Below, piece after piece: positions 27,706-37,000 of a stretch of 64,000 nt of DNA; within the stretch, counting starts at the first letter, position 1, and each line of letters begins with the position of its first letter. The stretch spans positions 5,246-69,245 of the forward strand of contig JAQBQT010000011.1 in NCBI GenBank assembly GCA_028286835.1, in the 5' to 3' direction. The notes beneath the pieces are model-generated. The model was not told the DNA's origin and did not search any database. It worked only from the letters and a program-made list of their open reading frames with translations. This DNA is from Candidatus Parcubacteria bacterium (GTDB lineage Bacteria > Patescibacteriota > Minisyncoccia > Phycocordibacterales > PALSA-1337). The translations under genes and the position numbers were made by a program.

Positions 27706-28425
27706 ATGATCGAAATCAAAAACATCACCAAGACATATGTGAACGGCGACAACGAGACCCGCGCATTGCGCGGGGTCTCATTCACGATCAAGGACGGTGA
27801 ATTCGTGGCCATCATGGGCCCGTCAGGATCAGGCAAATCCACGCTCATGCACATCCTCGGATGCCTCGACACGCCGACGTCCGGCACGTATGTGCTCGAC
27901 GGCAATGACGTCTCGACGCTTTCGGATGACGATCTCGCCGACATCCGCCATAACCGCATAGGCTTCGTCTTCCAGTCATTCAACCTGCTGTCGCGCGCCA
28001 CTGTACTCCGAAACGTCACCCTTCCCCTCATATACGCTGAAGTGCCTGAATCGGAGCGCAATGCCCGGGCGCATGCCGCCCTTTCAGCAGCGGGGCTTCC
28101 CGAGGATCGCTACAACCACATGTCGAACCAGCTTTCCGGCGGACAGATCCAGCGCGTGGCCATCGCCCGAGCTCTCGTGAATAACCCGTCTCTCATCCTC
28201 GCTGACGAACCGACCGGCAACCTGGACTCGCAGACCGGCGATATCGTCCTTGGCACGTTCCAGCGCCTGAACAAGGAGTTTGCGCGCACCATCATCCTCA
28301 TCACCCACGAGCGCGAAGTCGCCGAGCATGCCGACCGCATCATTTATATAAAGGACGGCGCCATCCTGGAGGACGGGAGCTCGCATAAGAAGCGCATGAT
28401 CGAGCACGGCAAGAAAAAGGCTTAG
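27706..28425 (+). CDS. ABC transporter ATP-binding protein (MacB/LolD-like)
   Basis: [44 protein letters not shown]. Confidence 0.96.
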   Translation: MIEIKNITKTYVNGDNETRALRGVSFTIKDGEFVAIMGPSGSGKSTLMHILGCLDTPTSGTYVLDGNDVSTLSDDDLADIRHNRIGFVFQSFNLLSRATVLRNVTLPLIYAEVPESERNARAHAALSAAGLPEDRYNHMSNQLSGGQIQRVAIARALVNNPSLILADEPTGNLDSQTGDIVLGTFQRLNKEFARTIILITHEREVAEHADRIIYIKDGAILEDGSSHKKRMIEHGKKKA

Positions 28426-28457
28426 CATCTGCATCATACCCTCTTCAACCAAAAAAC

Positions 28458-29684
28458 ATGACCACCACAGACATACTCCATGAGACATTCTCGGCCCTGA
28501 CCGCCAACAAGGTGCGGACGGCCCTCACCATGCTCGGAATCGTCATCGGCATCAGCTCGGTCATCATCATGGTCTCGATCGGCCAGGGCGCACAGGCGAC
28601 CATCCAGAACTCGATCCAGTCCATCGGCTCCAACCTCATCATGGTGTCGCCGGGAGCCACCCGCAGCTTCGGCTACGGCGCTTCGACCGGGCGAGGCTCC
28701 GCGCGCACGCTCACCATGGGAGACGTATCCGCGATCTCTTCGGGCGTCCAGAATATAAACGCCATCTCCCCCGAAGTCTCCAGCCGCTACCAGGTCACGG
28801 CCAAAGGCACGAATACGAACACGACAGTGACAGGCTCGACTCCGGCCTATACGACAGTCCACAACGTCACCGTCGATGACGGCTCGTTCATCTCCCAAGG
28901 CGATGTGGACAATAAGAGCAAAGTCGCCGTGATAGGCCCGACGACGGCCACCGACCTGTTCGGCGATGGCGTAGAGGCAGTCGGCCAGTCCATCCGCATC
29001 AACGGCCTGGAATTCAAGGTGATCGGGGTCACCAAATCAAAAGGCGGCAGCGGCTTCGGGAACCAGGACGATGCCATCTATGTTCCGCTTTCGAGCGCCC
29101 AGCTCTTCCTGGCCGGCAACACGACATACATAACGGCCCTGAGCGTCTCAGCGACCGACGCGTCTGTCATGACGCAGGTCCAAAATGACATCACGAACAT
29201 CCTTCTCGAGCGCCACAAGATCGCAGACGCCGCCAACGCAGACTTCAACGTTTTGAATCAAGCCGACATCGTCTCGGCGGCTGCTGGCGTTACAGGAACA
29301 TTCACCATCCTCCTCGCGGCAGTGGCTGGCATATCGCTCGTCGTCGGCGGCATCGGCATCATGAACATGATGCTCACCACGGTGACCGAGCGCACCCGAG
29401 AAATCGGATTGCGCAAAGCCATCGGCGCAAAGCGCCGCGACATAACCATTCAATTCTTGACCGAAGCGATGGCTCTCACCATCATCGGCGGTGCGATAGG
29501 CGTGGCCATAGGCTGGGGAGCGGCATACGCAGTCACTGCCACCGGGATCCTTCAGACCAGCGTTTCAATGTCATCTATTTTACTTGCCTTCGGCGTCTCT
29601 GCGGCGATCGGCATCATCTTCGGCTACTACCCCGCCCTGCGCGCAAGTCGGCTCAATCCGATAGAAGCCTTGAGGTACGAATAG
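28458..29684 (+). CDS. MacB-type ABC transporter permease
   Basis: NKVRTALTMLGIVIG, GGIGIMNMML.TVTERTREIGLRKAIGA, YPA.RASRLNPIEALRYE. Confidence 0.96.
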   Translation: MTTTDILHETFSALTANKVRTALTMLGIVIGISSVIIMVSIGQGAQATIQNSIQSIGSNLIMVSPGATRSFGYGASTGRGSARTLTMGDVSAISSGVQNINAISPEVSSRYQVTAKGTNTNTTVTGSTPAYTTVHNVTVDDGSFISQGDVDNKSKVAVIGPTTATDLFGDGVEAVGQSIRINGLEFKVIGVTKSKGGSGFGNQDDAIYVPLSSAQLFLAGNTTYITALSVSATDASVMTQVQNDITNILLERHKIADAANADFNVLNQADIVSAAAGVTGTFTILLAAVAGISLVVGGIGIMNMMLTTVTERTREIGLRKAIGAKRRDITIQFLTEAMALTIIGGAIGVAIGWGAAYAVTATGILQTSVSMSSILLAFGVSAAIGIIFGYYPALRASRLNPIEALRYE

Positions 29685-29704
29685 TTTGGATGGCCGAGAA
29701 TAAT

Positions 29705-30313
29705 CTATCTCACGTACGCTTTCAGCATCGCGGCGACATCTACGAAGTTCACGCCCGTCGGCACTGTGAACTGGCTATCGGCTGCAACCCATGGAGAACA
29801 TGAGTATGAGACCTGCTGATCCAAGCTGACCTGATTCTTATTCATGCTCGAAGACTGCAAGGATTCCATGGAAGAAAGGGTCATAGTCGCGCCCTGCGAG
29901 CCGGACCAGACATGCACTGAATCGCCGCTGCGGATCATGTGAGAAACAACTGTGTTTCCCGAGACTGTCGAAGTGAAATCGCCGCGCATCTTGCCATCGT
30001 GGAGATAGACGGTGCCAGTCGTGCCGCCCTGCTTTGTCGTTGCGTTCACCTCACACTTCTGGCTTCCCGAGAACGAAAGGAATGCCCTGATGGAAGCCAT
30101 CGAGGAGTTCTTGGTCGAAGTCGCGTTTGTCTTAGTGCCGGCCACAGAGGCAGACGTGGACGATGTAACAGATGCAGCGGCAGAGGTATCTGCAGGCGCC
30201 GGTGCTGGTGCTTTTTTGTTGTGATAATAGACTCCTCCACCGATCGCGGCGACTACCGCAATAGCAATGACGATAAGGATCGGAACGAACCCCTTGGTAT
30301 ATGTGTTATTCAT
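29705..30313 (-). CDS. Exported protein with class III (pilin-like) signal peptide
   Basis: MNNTYTKG|FVPILIVIAIAVV.., Ser/Thr linker, two-Cys domain with G.VY..GKMRGDF. Confidence 0.7.
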   Translation of the reverse strand: MNNTYTKGFVPILIVIAIAVVAAIGGGVYYHNKKAPAPAPADTSAAASVTSSTSASVAGTKTNATSTKNSSMASIRAFLSFSGSQKCEVNATTKQGGTTGTVYLHDGKMRGDFTSTVSGNTVVSHMIRSGDSVHVWSGSQGATMTLSSMESLQSSSMNKNQVSLDQQVSYSCSPWVAADSQFTVPTGVNFVDVAAMLKAYVR

Positions 30314-30332
30314 GGTGCCAGTAGTATATATC

Positions 30333-30959
30333 CTACTGGCGTTCGGCAAAAGCGGCATTTATGTCCTTCACGATCTCGGGGAATTCCGCCATGCGGAAAT
30401 GGCCCTTATTCTTGAACACGGTTGTCCGAGCTTGCGGCAAAAGCTTCGCGTATTTCTTGAAGCTAGAAAATGACACGACTGGATCGTCCTCGCTCGCATA
30501 GAGGTGAACCTTGTCGCCCAGCTTCTCGAGGCGCGACAAGTCCTTCGGCAGGACGAAATCTGCAAGCTGATCCTTCGAATCACGATCGCGATATGGGGCG
30601 GCGACAAGGAATAAGGCAGTTATCTTTTTCTTGTCAGCATTCTCGGCAAAGTATCTGGCTAGGAATATCCCGCCCAAGGAATGCCCTATGAATATCGGGC
30701 CATTGTCCAGGAACTTGAACAGCTTCTCGAACCAGATCTTCCATTCGGCATATTTCGCGTTCATCCAGTTCGGCATTTCAGGCGAGAGCACTTCATACCC
30801 TTCGCCGAGCGCCGCGTGCAGGTTGCTCTTCCAGCCCTGCATGGTCGGATTGGAAACAAGCTCGTCTTTTTCTATTGTCCACGCACGAAGCGCGCGGAGG
30901 TATGATACCTCGTTGTTGTGCACATCGCCGCCGTGAATGGTGACTATCTGTCTTTTCAT
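30333..30959 (-). CDS. RBBP9/YdeN-family alpha/beta hydrolase
   Basis: IHGG, GHSLGG nucleophile elbow, S.DDPVV, GHF. Confidence 0.9.
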   Translation of the reverse strand: MKRQIVTIHGGDVHNNEVSYLRALRAWTIEKDELVSNPTMQGWKSNLHAALGEGYEVLSPEMPNWMNAKYAEWKIWFEKLFKFLDNGPIFIGHSLGGIFLARYFAENADKKKITALFLVAAPYRDRDSKDQLADFVLPKDLSRLEKLGDKVHLYASEDDPVVSFSSFKKYAKLLPQARTTVFKNKGHFRMAEFPEIVKDINAAFAERQ

Positions 30960-30986
30960 GGATCCAGTATATCAAAGTCAGGCAAT

Positions 30987-31013
30987 AAAAAAGCCCGCGC
31001 ACGCGCGCAGGCT
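30987..31013 (-). terminator. Intrinsic terminator
   Basis: AGCCTGCGC-GCGT-GCGCGGGCTTTTTT (minus). Confidence 0.7.
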
Positions 31014-31028
31014 CTGAGGCTAAATGAT

Positions 31029-31484
31029 TTACGCTGGGATGAACAATCTCCGAAGCCTGTCGATATCGTTCTGGAGAAAATCCCGAAGATACAGACACGG
31101 AAACGGATCCGTTTCCAGACCATGGCCGATGCCTCCGAAGATGACGTATTTGCCTTTACGCAGGTACACACCCGGAATGCCGAAATCTGCATCGAAACGC
31201 AGCGCATATTCCTTGTCGGTGTCATCGTAGTCGCGTACAAGATCGTACGCTGTTGCCAGCATCGCCCCGTTCAGAGGGCGTTCGAGATCCGAGCGGTAAT
31301 TCTTCGGATTGCGGAATGCATGCGTTGTCAGCACATACGAATCGTTGCCGCTATTCTTAAAGAATTTTATATGACATGCGCCAGCCGTATGCGTGGTTTC
31401 TCGGACGCTTTCCGGTGTCTGCGATATCAACATGTCCATTCCATGCGGGTGCCACCAGAAAGGCGGCATTTCTTCTTCGTTCAT
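31029..31484 (-). CDS. Hypothetical protein (151 aa)
   Basis: Fills the gap between dgkA and the hydrolase and is followed by a terminator; no recognised motif. Confidence 0.55.
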   Translation of the reverse strand: MNEEEMPPFWWHPHGMDMLISQTPESVRETTHTAGACHIKFFKNSGNDSYVLTTHAFRNPKNYRSDLERPLNGAMLATAYDLVRDYDDTDKEYALRFDADFGIPGVYLRKGKYVIFGGIGHGLETDPFPCLYLRDFLQNDIDRLRRLFIPA

Positions 31485-31553
31485 TTGTAATCCTTGGTTG
31501 TAGGTTTCAGTTCCTGTTTCTGTTTTCTACCTTACAATCAAAAACATATTTTG

Positions 31554-32009
31554 TCAAACGAGATATGGGACGAAGATGAGCAATCCGATAATTGCTGCAG
31601 TCACCGAAGAAATGAGCACCGCACCGGCTGCGACGTCCTTGGTGTCTCGCGCATAGGGGTGATACTGAGGGGACGTGAGATCGATGTCTATCTCTATCGC
31701 GCTATTGAAAGCTTCAGCTGTGAGAACAAGCCCGCTGGCGAGGATGATGGCGATCCACTCGACGGATGTGATGGAAAAATAGATGCCGAGACATATCGCG
31801 GCGGTGGACATGGCGATCTGAAGCAGCGCGTTCGGCGTATTCAACAGAAAGACCCAGACGCCCCTGCCTGCATGCACGAAGCTCTTCGCGCGATGCTTGA
31901 CGGAGAAGTTGCCTTTCTTTGCGTGATCAGAAGGATGAGCGCTCGGATGAACCGTCGGATGCTCGTTGGTCAGATCGAGAGAATGCTCGGCTGGATGTTG
32001 TTCGTTCAT
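31554..32009 (-). CDS. dgkA: Diacylglycerol/undecaprenol kinase family (DgkA/UdpK)
   Basis: SFVHAGRG, EAFNSAIE..ID, KDVAAGAVL. Confidence 0.92.
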   Translation of the reverse strand: MNEQHPAEHSLDLTNEHPTVHPSAHPSDHAKKGNFSVKHRAKSFVHAGRGVWVFLLNTPNALLQIAMSTAAICLGIYFSITSVEWIAIILASGLVLTAEAFNSAIEIDIDLTSPQYHPYARDTKDVAAGAVLISSVTAAIIGLLIFVPYLV

Positions 32010-32017
32010 ATGCTCAA

Positions 32018-33094
32018 TTATAGCACCGGCTCCCCTTTTCGCTTGCGCTGGAAAAGCGCTTTTTCAAGGGTGTATTTGTCATATCCATGGGCGAAGAGCG
32101 CCATATTCACGCCGAACAATATGAGATGCGGCCAGACTGTTTCCCCGAAGAAGAGGAGCGAGATGGTGATGAAGAACGTGAAGAAGAGCGCTGCAAAACG
32201 GATCTCGAAGCCAGTCGCAAAGCAGATGCCGATAAGGGCTTCGATGATGAAGGCGCCGAGCACGAGGAAAAGGGGCGTGAAATGGAAATAATTCGTCAAA
32301 TGATAATCATTCACGGTCTGGAGCGCCAGATTGCTGTGCAGGAATTTGGCATAGAATGACGCGAAGAAAAGGGCCGTACCAAAAAGCACCCGGAGTATGA
32401 GGAAGCTGTACCGCTCGGCCGAGCGCGCGAGCCTGCCGAACGCGCGGTCCAGGGCGCGCAATTCCGGAACTGCCCCGTCTAGGGACCATCGTCCTCCGCC
32501 GAGGATGAGGAAAAGGACTGCTTCACCCAGATAATTCGCGTAGGTGAGCATGTAGGTTCCGTATGTGCTCGCGGCGAACGTGAATACAGCCAGCATATAG
32601 AGGGCCATGAATCGCGTCAGGAATCCAAGGACGATGAGCGCCCCGGCGATCATGAGCGAGATGCTCACGGCTGATGCGAACCCTTCGGCGAAGAGAGAGT
32701 GTATCTGAAGTTCGGGCCCGAAGAACGAGCCGAAATACCCCGATGCGAAAACCGAAAGGCCGAATGTCACGCGGGCAATGATGGGCGCATATTTTTTGAG
32801 CCTAATGAGGAATGGATCGAATACTTTCTCAAAGAGGCGCGAGACGGAAATTGAAAGCACGACCAGCGCGACGACGAGGGTGAGCGCGCCATAACTGAGG
32901 AATTTCAGTTCCTGTCCGGGAATGGCCCCGAATGGATTCGGCGACGGGGCCGTGATAGCCGTACTAACCTCTGGCGATGTAAGAACGTACACCTCATGAG
33001 CAGATGCCACGGATGCATGGCTTCCGAAACCGACGAAGCCCATCGAGGCTGTAGCCAGGACTATCGCTCCAAAAAAAGCTGTTAGATTCTTCAT
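32018..33094 (-). CDS. Multi-pass membrane protein with tandem DoxX-like domains
   Basis: Signal-like N-terminus (ASAHEVYV), two LG..TR / G..IR DoxX-like repeats, G.G.WSLD, E...HL..FG. Confidence 0.75.
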   Translation of the reverse strand: MKNLTAFFGAIVLATASMGFVGFGSHASVASAHEVYVLTSPEVSTAITAPSPNPFGAIPGQELKFLSYGALTLVVALVVLSISVSRLFEKVFDPFLIRLKKYAPIIARVTFGLSVFASGYFGSFFGPELQIHSLFAEGFASAVSISLMIAGALIVLGFLTRFMALYMLAVFTFAASTYGTYMLTYANYLGEAVLFLILGGGRWSLDGAVPELRALDRAFGRLARSAERYSFLILRVLFGTALFFASFYAKFLHSNLALQTVNDYHLTNYFHFTPLFLVLGAFIIEALIGICFATGFEIRFAALFFTFFITISLLFFGETVWPHLILFGVNMALFAHGYDKYTLEKALFQRKRKGEPVL

Positions 33095-34767
33095 GACGTT
33101 TTGACGATGTGCTCGAATGCGTATTCCAGGGTGCCTCCGACTTTCTTGCCCGGATTGAATATTCCCTTCGGGTCCCAGATCTTCTTGGTCTTCTCGAAGA
33201 GCTCGTAGACCTTGTCGCCGTACTGCATCTTTACGAATGGCGTGCGGATGATGCCGTCGTTGTGCTCGCCCGTGATCGATCCGTTGTAGCTATGCACCAG
33301 CTCGTACACCTTCACCGAAAGGTCGCGGATGATGACGTGCGCTTTTGGGTCAGCCAGATTCATGAGCGGGATGATATGGAAATTGCCGTCGCCCACATGG
33401 CCGGCGATGGTATAGGTGAGGTCGTGCTTGTACGGCTCGAAGATCGCGTAGAGCTTGGGGAGGAACTCCGGCAGGAATTTCGGCAGCACGACGAAGTCGT
33501 CGATGAAGGGCGCCGTGCGCACGCCGTGGATGTGCTGGCGGAGCATATTGAAGCTCTCGCGGCGGATGACCCAGTATTTATGCTCGTCGTTCTCTGTTTT
33601 GGTCACACGGGTACGGACATGGAATTCTTTGAGGGATGTCTGGGCTTCAGTCGCGAGTCTCAAGGCTTCCTCATTCGTGTCGGCGGTGAATTCGGCCATG
33701 AGGACGAGCTTGGGCATGCCTCCTTCGAGGACGGCCATCATTTCCGGAATGAATTCGAGACCGAGAGTAATGATGTTGCCGCCCATCTGATGCATGAGCT
33801 GAGGCAGGAATTTGAAGGCAACCTTGAGCGTCTGGTCGTCATATGACTCGAAGCTCTCGGGATTGTATTTGAGGATATGCGTCGCAGTCTCTCCGAGCTG
33901 ATCGAGGCTCGTGAGGAATGCGACGAGAAGATGCGAGAATTTCTTCGGCTTCACCAGGGCGAATTCTATCTCGGTGATCATGCCGAGCGTTCCCTGCGCG
34001 CCCACGATCATTTTTGTGAGGTCGAACGTGCGCGCGGCTTTGTCGTATACGTTCCAGAGATAGTAGCCACAGGAGTTCTTGGACACGACCGGCTTTGCGG
34101 AGCCTATGAGCTCGGCGTTGTTCATGATGAGGTCCGACATCTTACGGTATATCTCGCCTTCGAACGTCGTGAGGCGCTTCTTATGCTCGAACTCTTCAGC
34201 GGAAAGAGCGGTGAATTCATATTCATTGCCGTCGGCTCATACCATCTTGAGGCGTCGGACGTAGCGCTCGGTCTTGCCGTAGGTCAGCGTCTTCTCGCCG
34301 CCGGAATTGTTGGCTGCGATGCCGCCCACAGTACATAGCTCGCGCGACGCCGGATAGCTCGGGAATATCTGGCCACCCTTCTCCATGGTGGCCTTATCGA
34401 AGTCACGGAAGTAGACGCCTGGCTGGGTTACGGCGTAGCCAGAGATCTCGACGCCTTTTATCGGCGGCTGCGGCTTCTCAACGACTTCTTTGATCTGCGT
34501 GAAATATTTCAGGAATGAGACGACAATAGAGTCCGTGAGCGGCCCGCCCGACATGTCAGTGCCGGCCGAGCGCGCGGTTATATGAACGCCTGGATGGTCG
34601 GATGCGTACTTCACAAGCTTCTTCACATCCTCGACATTTTTTGGATGGACGACCGCCTGAGGACGAACTTCAAAGAGGCTTGCGTCATGGCTTGCTGCCG
34701 TGAGCGCGGCGTCCGTCGTCTCCACATCGCCAGAAATGAGCGCGGCGAGTTCCTGAGGGTTTATCAT
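33091..34767 (-). CDS. FAD-binding oxidoreductase (FAD_binding_4 + FAD-oxidase_C, D-lactate dehydrogenase/GlcD-like) with one in-frame TGA; recoded gene or recent pseudogene
   Basis: Track ORFs 34237..34767 and 33091..34140 share one frame and read ...RRLKMV*ADGNEYEF... Motifs RSAGTDMSGG, TVGGIAANNSGG, GAQGTLG, GHVGDGNFH, GEHNDG, IFNPGK. Confidence 0.88.
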
Positions 34768-34807
34768 GGATATATTATACCCTACTGATGGCTCTGGGTT
34801 GAAGCAT

Positions 34808-34836
34808 AAAAAAACCGACCTCCGATGGGGCCGGTT
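34808..34836 (-). terminator. Probable intrinsic terminator
   Basis: AACCGGCC-CCATCGGA-GGTCGGTTTTTTT (minus). Confidence 0.6.
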
Positions 34837-34844
34837 GAGGGTAA

Positions 34845-35078
34845 CTATCTACGCAGGGTCTTTTTTGCCAAAACAAAATGGCGTTCGGGTGTAAGCTCCA
34901 ACTCATTCAATTCGAGGCGCTGCCACATGCGCTCAAGTGATTCAAATCGGGAAAGATTATGCCTCTTACCCTCCGCAATTATCTCGTCAGGGCTATTTTT
35001 TCCTGCGCGTATCAAATCGTCTACTGCTGCGTCAAATGCGGCTATAGCAGAAAATGAGTCAGCTGGTTGTTCATTCAT
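34845..35078 (-). CDS. Small hypothetical protein (77 aa), AT-richer
   Basis: AAGGA RBS-like sequence upstream and a terminator downstream. Confidence 0.5.
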   Translation of the reverse strand: MNEQPADSFSAIAAFDAAVDDLIRAGKNSPDEIIAEGKRHNLSRFESLERMWQRLELNELELTPERHFVLAKKTLRR

Positions 35079-35371
35079 GAAATGTCCTTTGTTGGGTTCG
35101 GAATGACTATAGCAGGACAGTTAAAAATGCACAAAACAGGGCGACTTCTCAGACAAAACTCTTTCATTTTGGTTCAGAAAATTCATGTACATTTTACCTG
35201 AGGCGTGTCATAAAAATAGCAATTAATAGAGCCGTGATATGCCAAACTTGACCACAGTATTATACAATTCATGTCAATGAAATTTGTGGATCTGAGCGAA
35301 AGCCTTTTGCCTCAAGCATGTCAGGCCTTCTGAACCTTCCCTGAATCTTAAAAAGAAAAACCACCCTCTCC

Positions 35372-35749
35372 CTACGCCCCGCTCCTGTCGCGCATACGCA
35401 TCCCGCGCACAAAATACGAGCTCTTCACATTGCGACCGATATCCCACATGAGCCAGCCGCCGGCAGCCATAGCAACCACGACGGCGCCTTCCACAACAAC
35501 GGATGTATTCAAAAAAGCGCCCATGAGATAGGCGGCCTCTGCGGCGATACCGGGCACGTTCGACAGATTCTGGATGACGTTCGGAATGGAAACCATGAAT
35601 ACGGCAGTGACGCAACACGACATAAAAATGACAATCTTGAAGGTCTCGGAGCCGAGAGTGCGCTTAACGAAAAAAACCATCCAGACGCGGCGCATGACGT
35701 CCCGGCTGAGCTGGCTCTGATATTCGTATTGATTCAGCGATTGATTCAT
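35372..35749 (-). CDS. Putative membrane anti-sigma factor
   Basis: ..LSRDVMRRV.. and two TM helices; starts 4 nt after the ECF sigma stop. Confidence 0.6.
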   Translation of the reverse strand: MNQSLNQYEYQSQLSRDVMRRVWMVFFVKRTLGSETFKIVIFMSCCVTAVFMVSIPNVIQNLSNVPGIAAEAAYLMGAFLNTSVVVEGAVVVAMAAGGWLMWDIGRNVKSSYFVRGMRMRDRSGA

Positions 35750-35753
35750 TGGT

Positions 35754-36389
35754 TTAACTTTTTGATACCCCCTCTCCTGATTCCGCGGGCGCGAACTCCA
35801 GATTCATCTTCTTGAGCTCCTTCTTGGCGCGGTATATGCGCTGGCGCACCACCTCGTTCGAAACCCCTTCCCTGCGGGCGATCTCCTTCTGGGCCACTCC
35901 CTCGATGAAGTAGAGCCTGACCACACGCCTCAGGAATATCGGCAGCTTCGAAACCAAGCTCATGACATAGTCCGACGTCAGCCGTTTCTCCATCGCATCG
36001 AGCCCCGCCTTGTCCGGAATGATCTCGGCGAACTCAGGCTCGGCCTCGAACGAAACCGTCTGGTGCCGCTCGCGCTTGGTATGGGCCGTATAGCACTGGT
36101 TGACCAGTATCTTATACGCCCAGGAGGAAAAAGACGCTCCCTCCTGTTTCTTGAATTTATGCGAAGCGATGTAAATGCGCACGAACGTTTCCTGGACTGC
36201 GTCATAGGCTGCGTCACGGTCCCGCAAAATAGCGATAGCCTTGCGCATAAAGAGCCGCTCATACCGGCGCACGATCTCCTCGAAAAGAGCCGGGCGGCCC
36301 ACCGAAGCTTTCAGCAATTCCGCATCCCCCAGGGCTTGGAGGCCCAGATCGGCAACGGAAGCATTGAGCTCTAACGTGTGCGTCTTCAC
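35754..36389 (-). CDS. ECF sigma factor
   Basis: LFEEIVRRYE, DAVQETFVRIY, FSSWAYKILVN, QKEIA...VRQRIYRAKKEL; start placed at GTG 36389 (uncertain). Confidence 0.9.
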   Translation of the reverse strand: MKTHTLELNASVADLGLQALGDAELLKASVGRPALFEEIVRRYERLFMRKAIAILRDRDAAYDAVQETFVRIYIASHKFKKQEGASFSSWAYKILVNQCYTAHTKRERHQTVSFEAEPEFAEIIPDKAGLDAMEKRLTSDYVMSLVSKLPIFLRRVVRLYFIEGVAQKEIARREGVSNEVVRQRIYRAKKELKKMNLEFAPAESGEGVSKS

Positions 36390-36401
36390 AGTACCCTTTA
36401 T

Positions 36402-36427
36402 AACTCCTATCGAAGCAAAAATGTTAC
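36402..36427 (-). promoter_or_regulatory. Putative ECF-type autoregulatory promoter
   Basis: GTAAC-N16-GAGTT just upstream of the ECF sigma GTG. Confidence 0.45.
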
Positions 36428-36479
36428 GGGGATGGAATCGTTCCATATGCATATAAGTATACACCTGCCAGCAGAATGC

Positions 36480-36505
36480 AAAAAGCCGGATATTTTCCGG
36501 CTTTT
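36480..36505. terminator. Intrinsic terminator after the DoxX gene
   Basis: AAAAAGCCGGA-TATTT-TCCGGCTTTT. Confidence 0.8.
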
Positions 36506-36546
36506 GTGCGTGCATTCAGGCGAAGGCCGCCTGAGTTATCCGAAAT

Positions 36547-36948
36547 TTACCAAGAGAGAGCGTACATCCACGGAAGCGGAACGGCCAAGAGCATGAGAAG
36601 CGCTGCTGCGAGGGCGATATCCTTCCAGAAGTGGATATTCTCCGACATGACTGCATTCGGCTCCGTCTCCTTCCAGTATGCGTGCATCTTGAATGCGGCG
36701 CCGAGAAGGAAGATGACGAGACAGAGGATGCCCAAACGAACCCAGATGCCGAGAAGCAGCGTGATGCCGCCAATGGCGAGAAGGACGCCCGTGCCAATGA
36801 CCGCGAACTTGGCGGTACCGACGGACTTGTAGCCGGCCTTGGCCTGCGTGTAGCCCACAAGCCCTGCTGACTTGAAGAGATGCTGATACGCGGCATGGAG
36901 CCAGTACAATGCGAAAACGATGCGTCCGACGAGGAATAAGACTGTCAT
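36547..36948 (-). CDS. DoxX-family membrane protein
   Basis: LVGRIVFA, GG..LLLG, MHAYW, HFWKDIAL. Confidence 0.88.
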   Translation of the reverse strand: MTVLFLVGRIVFALYWLHAAYQHLFKSAGLVGYTQAKAGYKSVGTAKFAVIGTGVLLAIGGITLLLGIWVRLGILCLVIFLLGAAFKMHAYWKETEPNAVMSENIHFWKDIALAAALLMLLAVPLPWMYALSW

Positions 36949-37000
36949 ATGTGGTATATGGTATTAAATCAACCTTTTATAAAACCGTGGGTACTATAGT

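Noticed and set aside
34180-34236. Bacterial SECIS after the in-frame TGA
   Set aside because: Only short weak hairpins (GCCG-AC-GGC; CTCTT/AAGAG); not convincing by eye
33091-34767. Genetic code 25 (UGA=Gly), or a frameshift splitting the gene
   Set aside because: RF2 with SPF is encoded, several genes end in TGA, and other long genes show no internal TGA. Both halves share one frame, so no frameshift is needed.
35080-35370. AT-rich spacer with a 20-codon ORF (MSMKFVDLSESLLPQACQAF)
   Set aside because: Too short, with no motif or clear structure; probably promoter DNA for ORF 34845..35078
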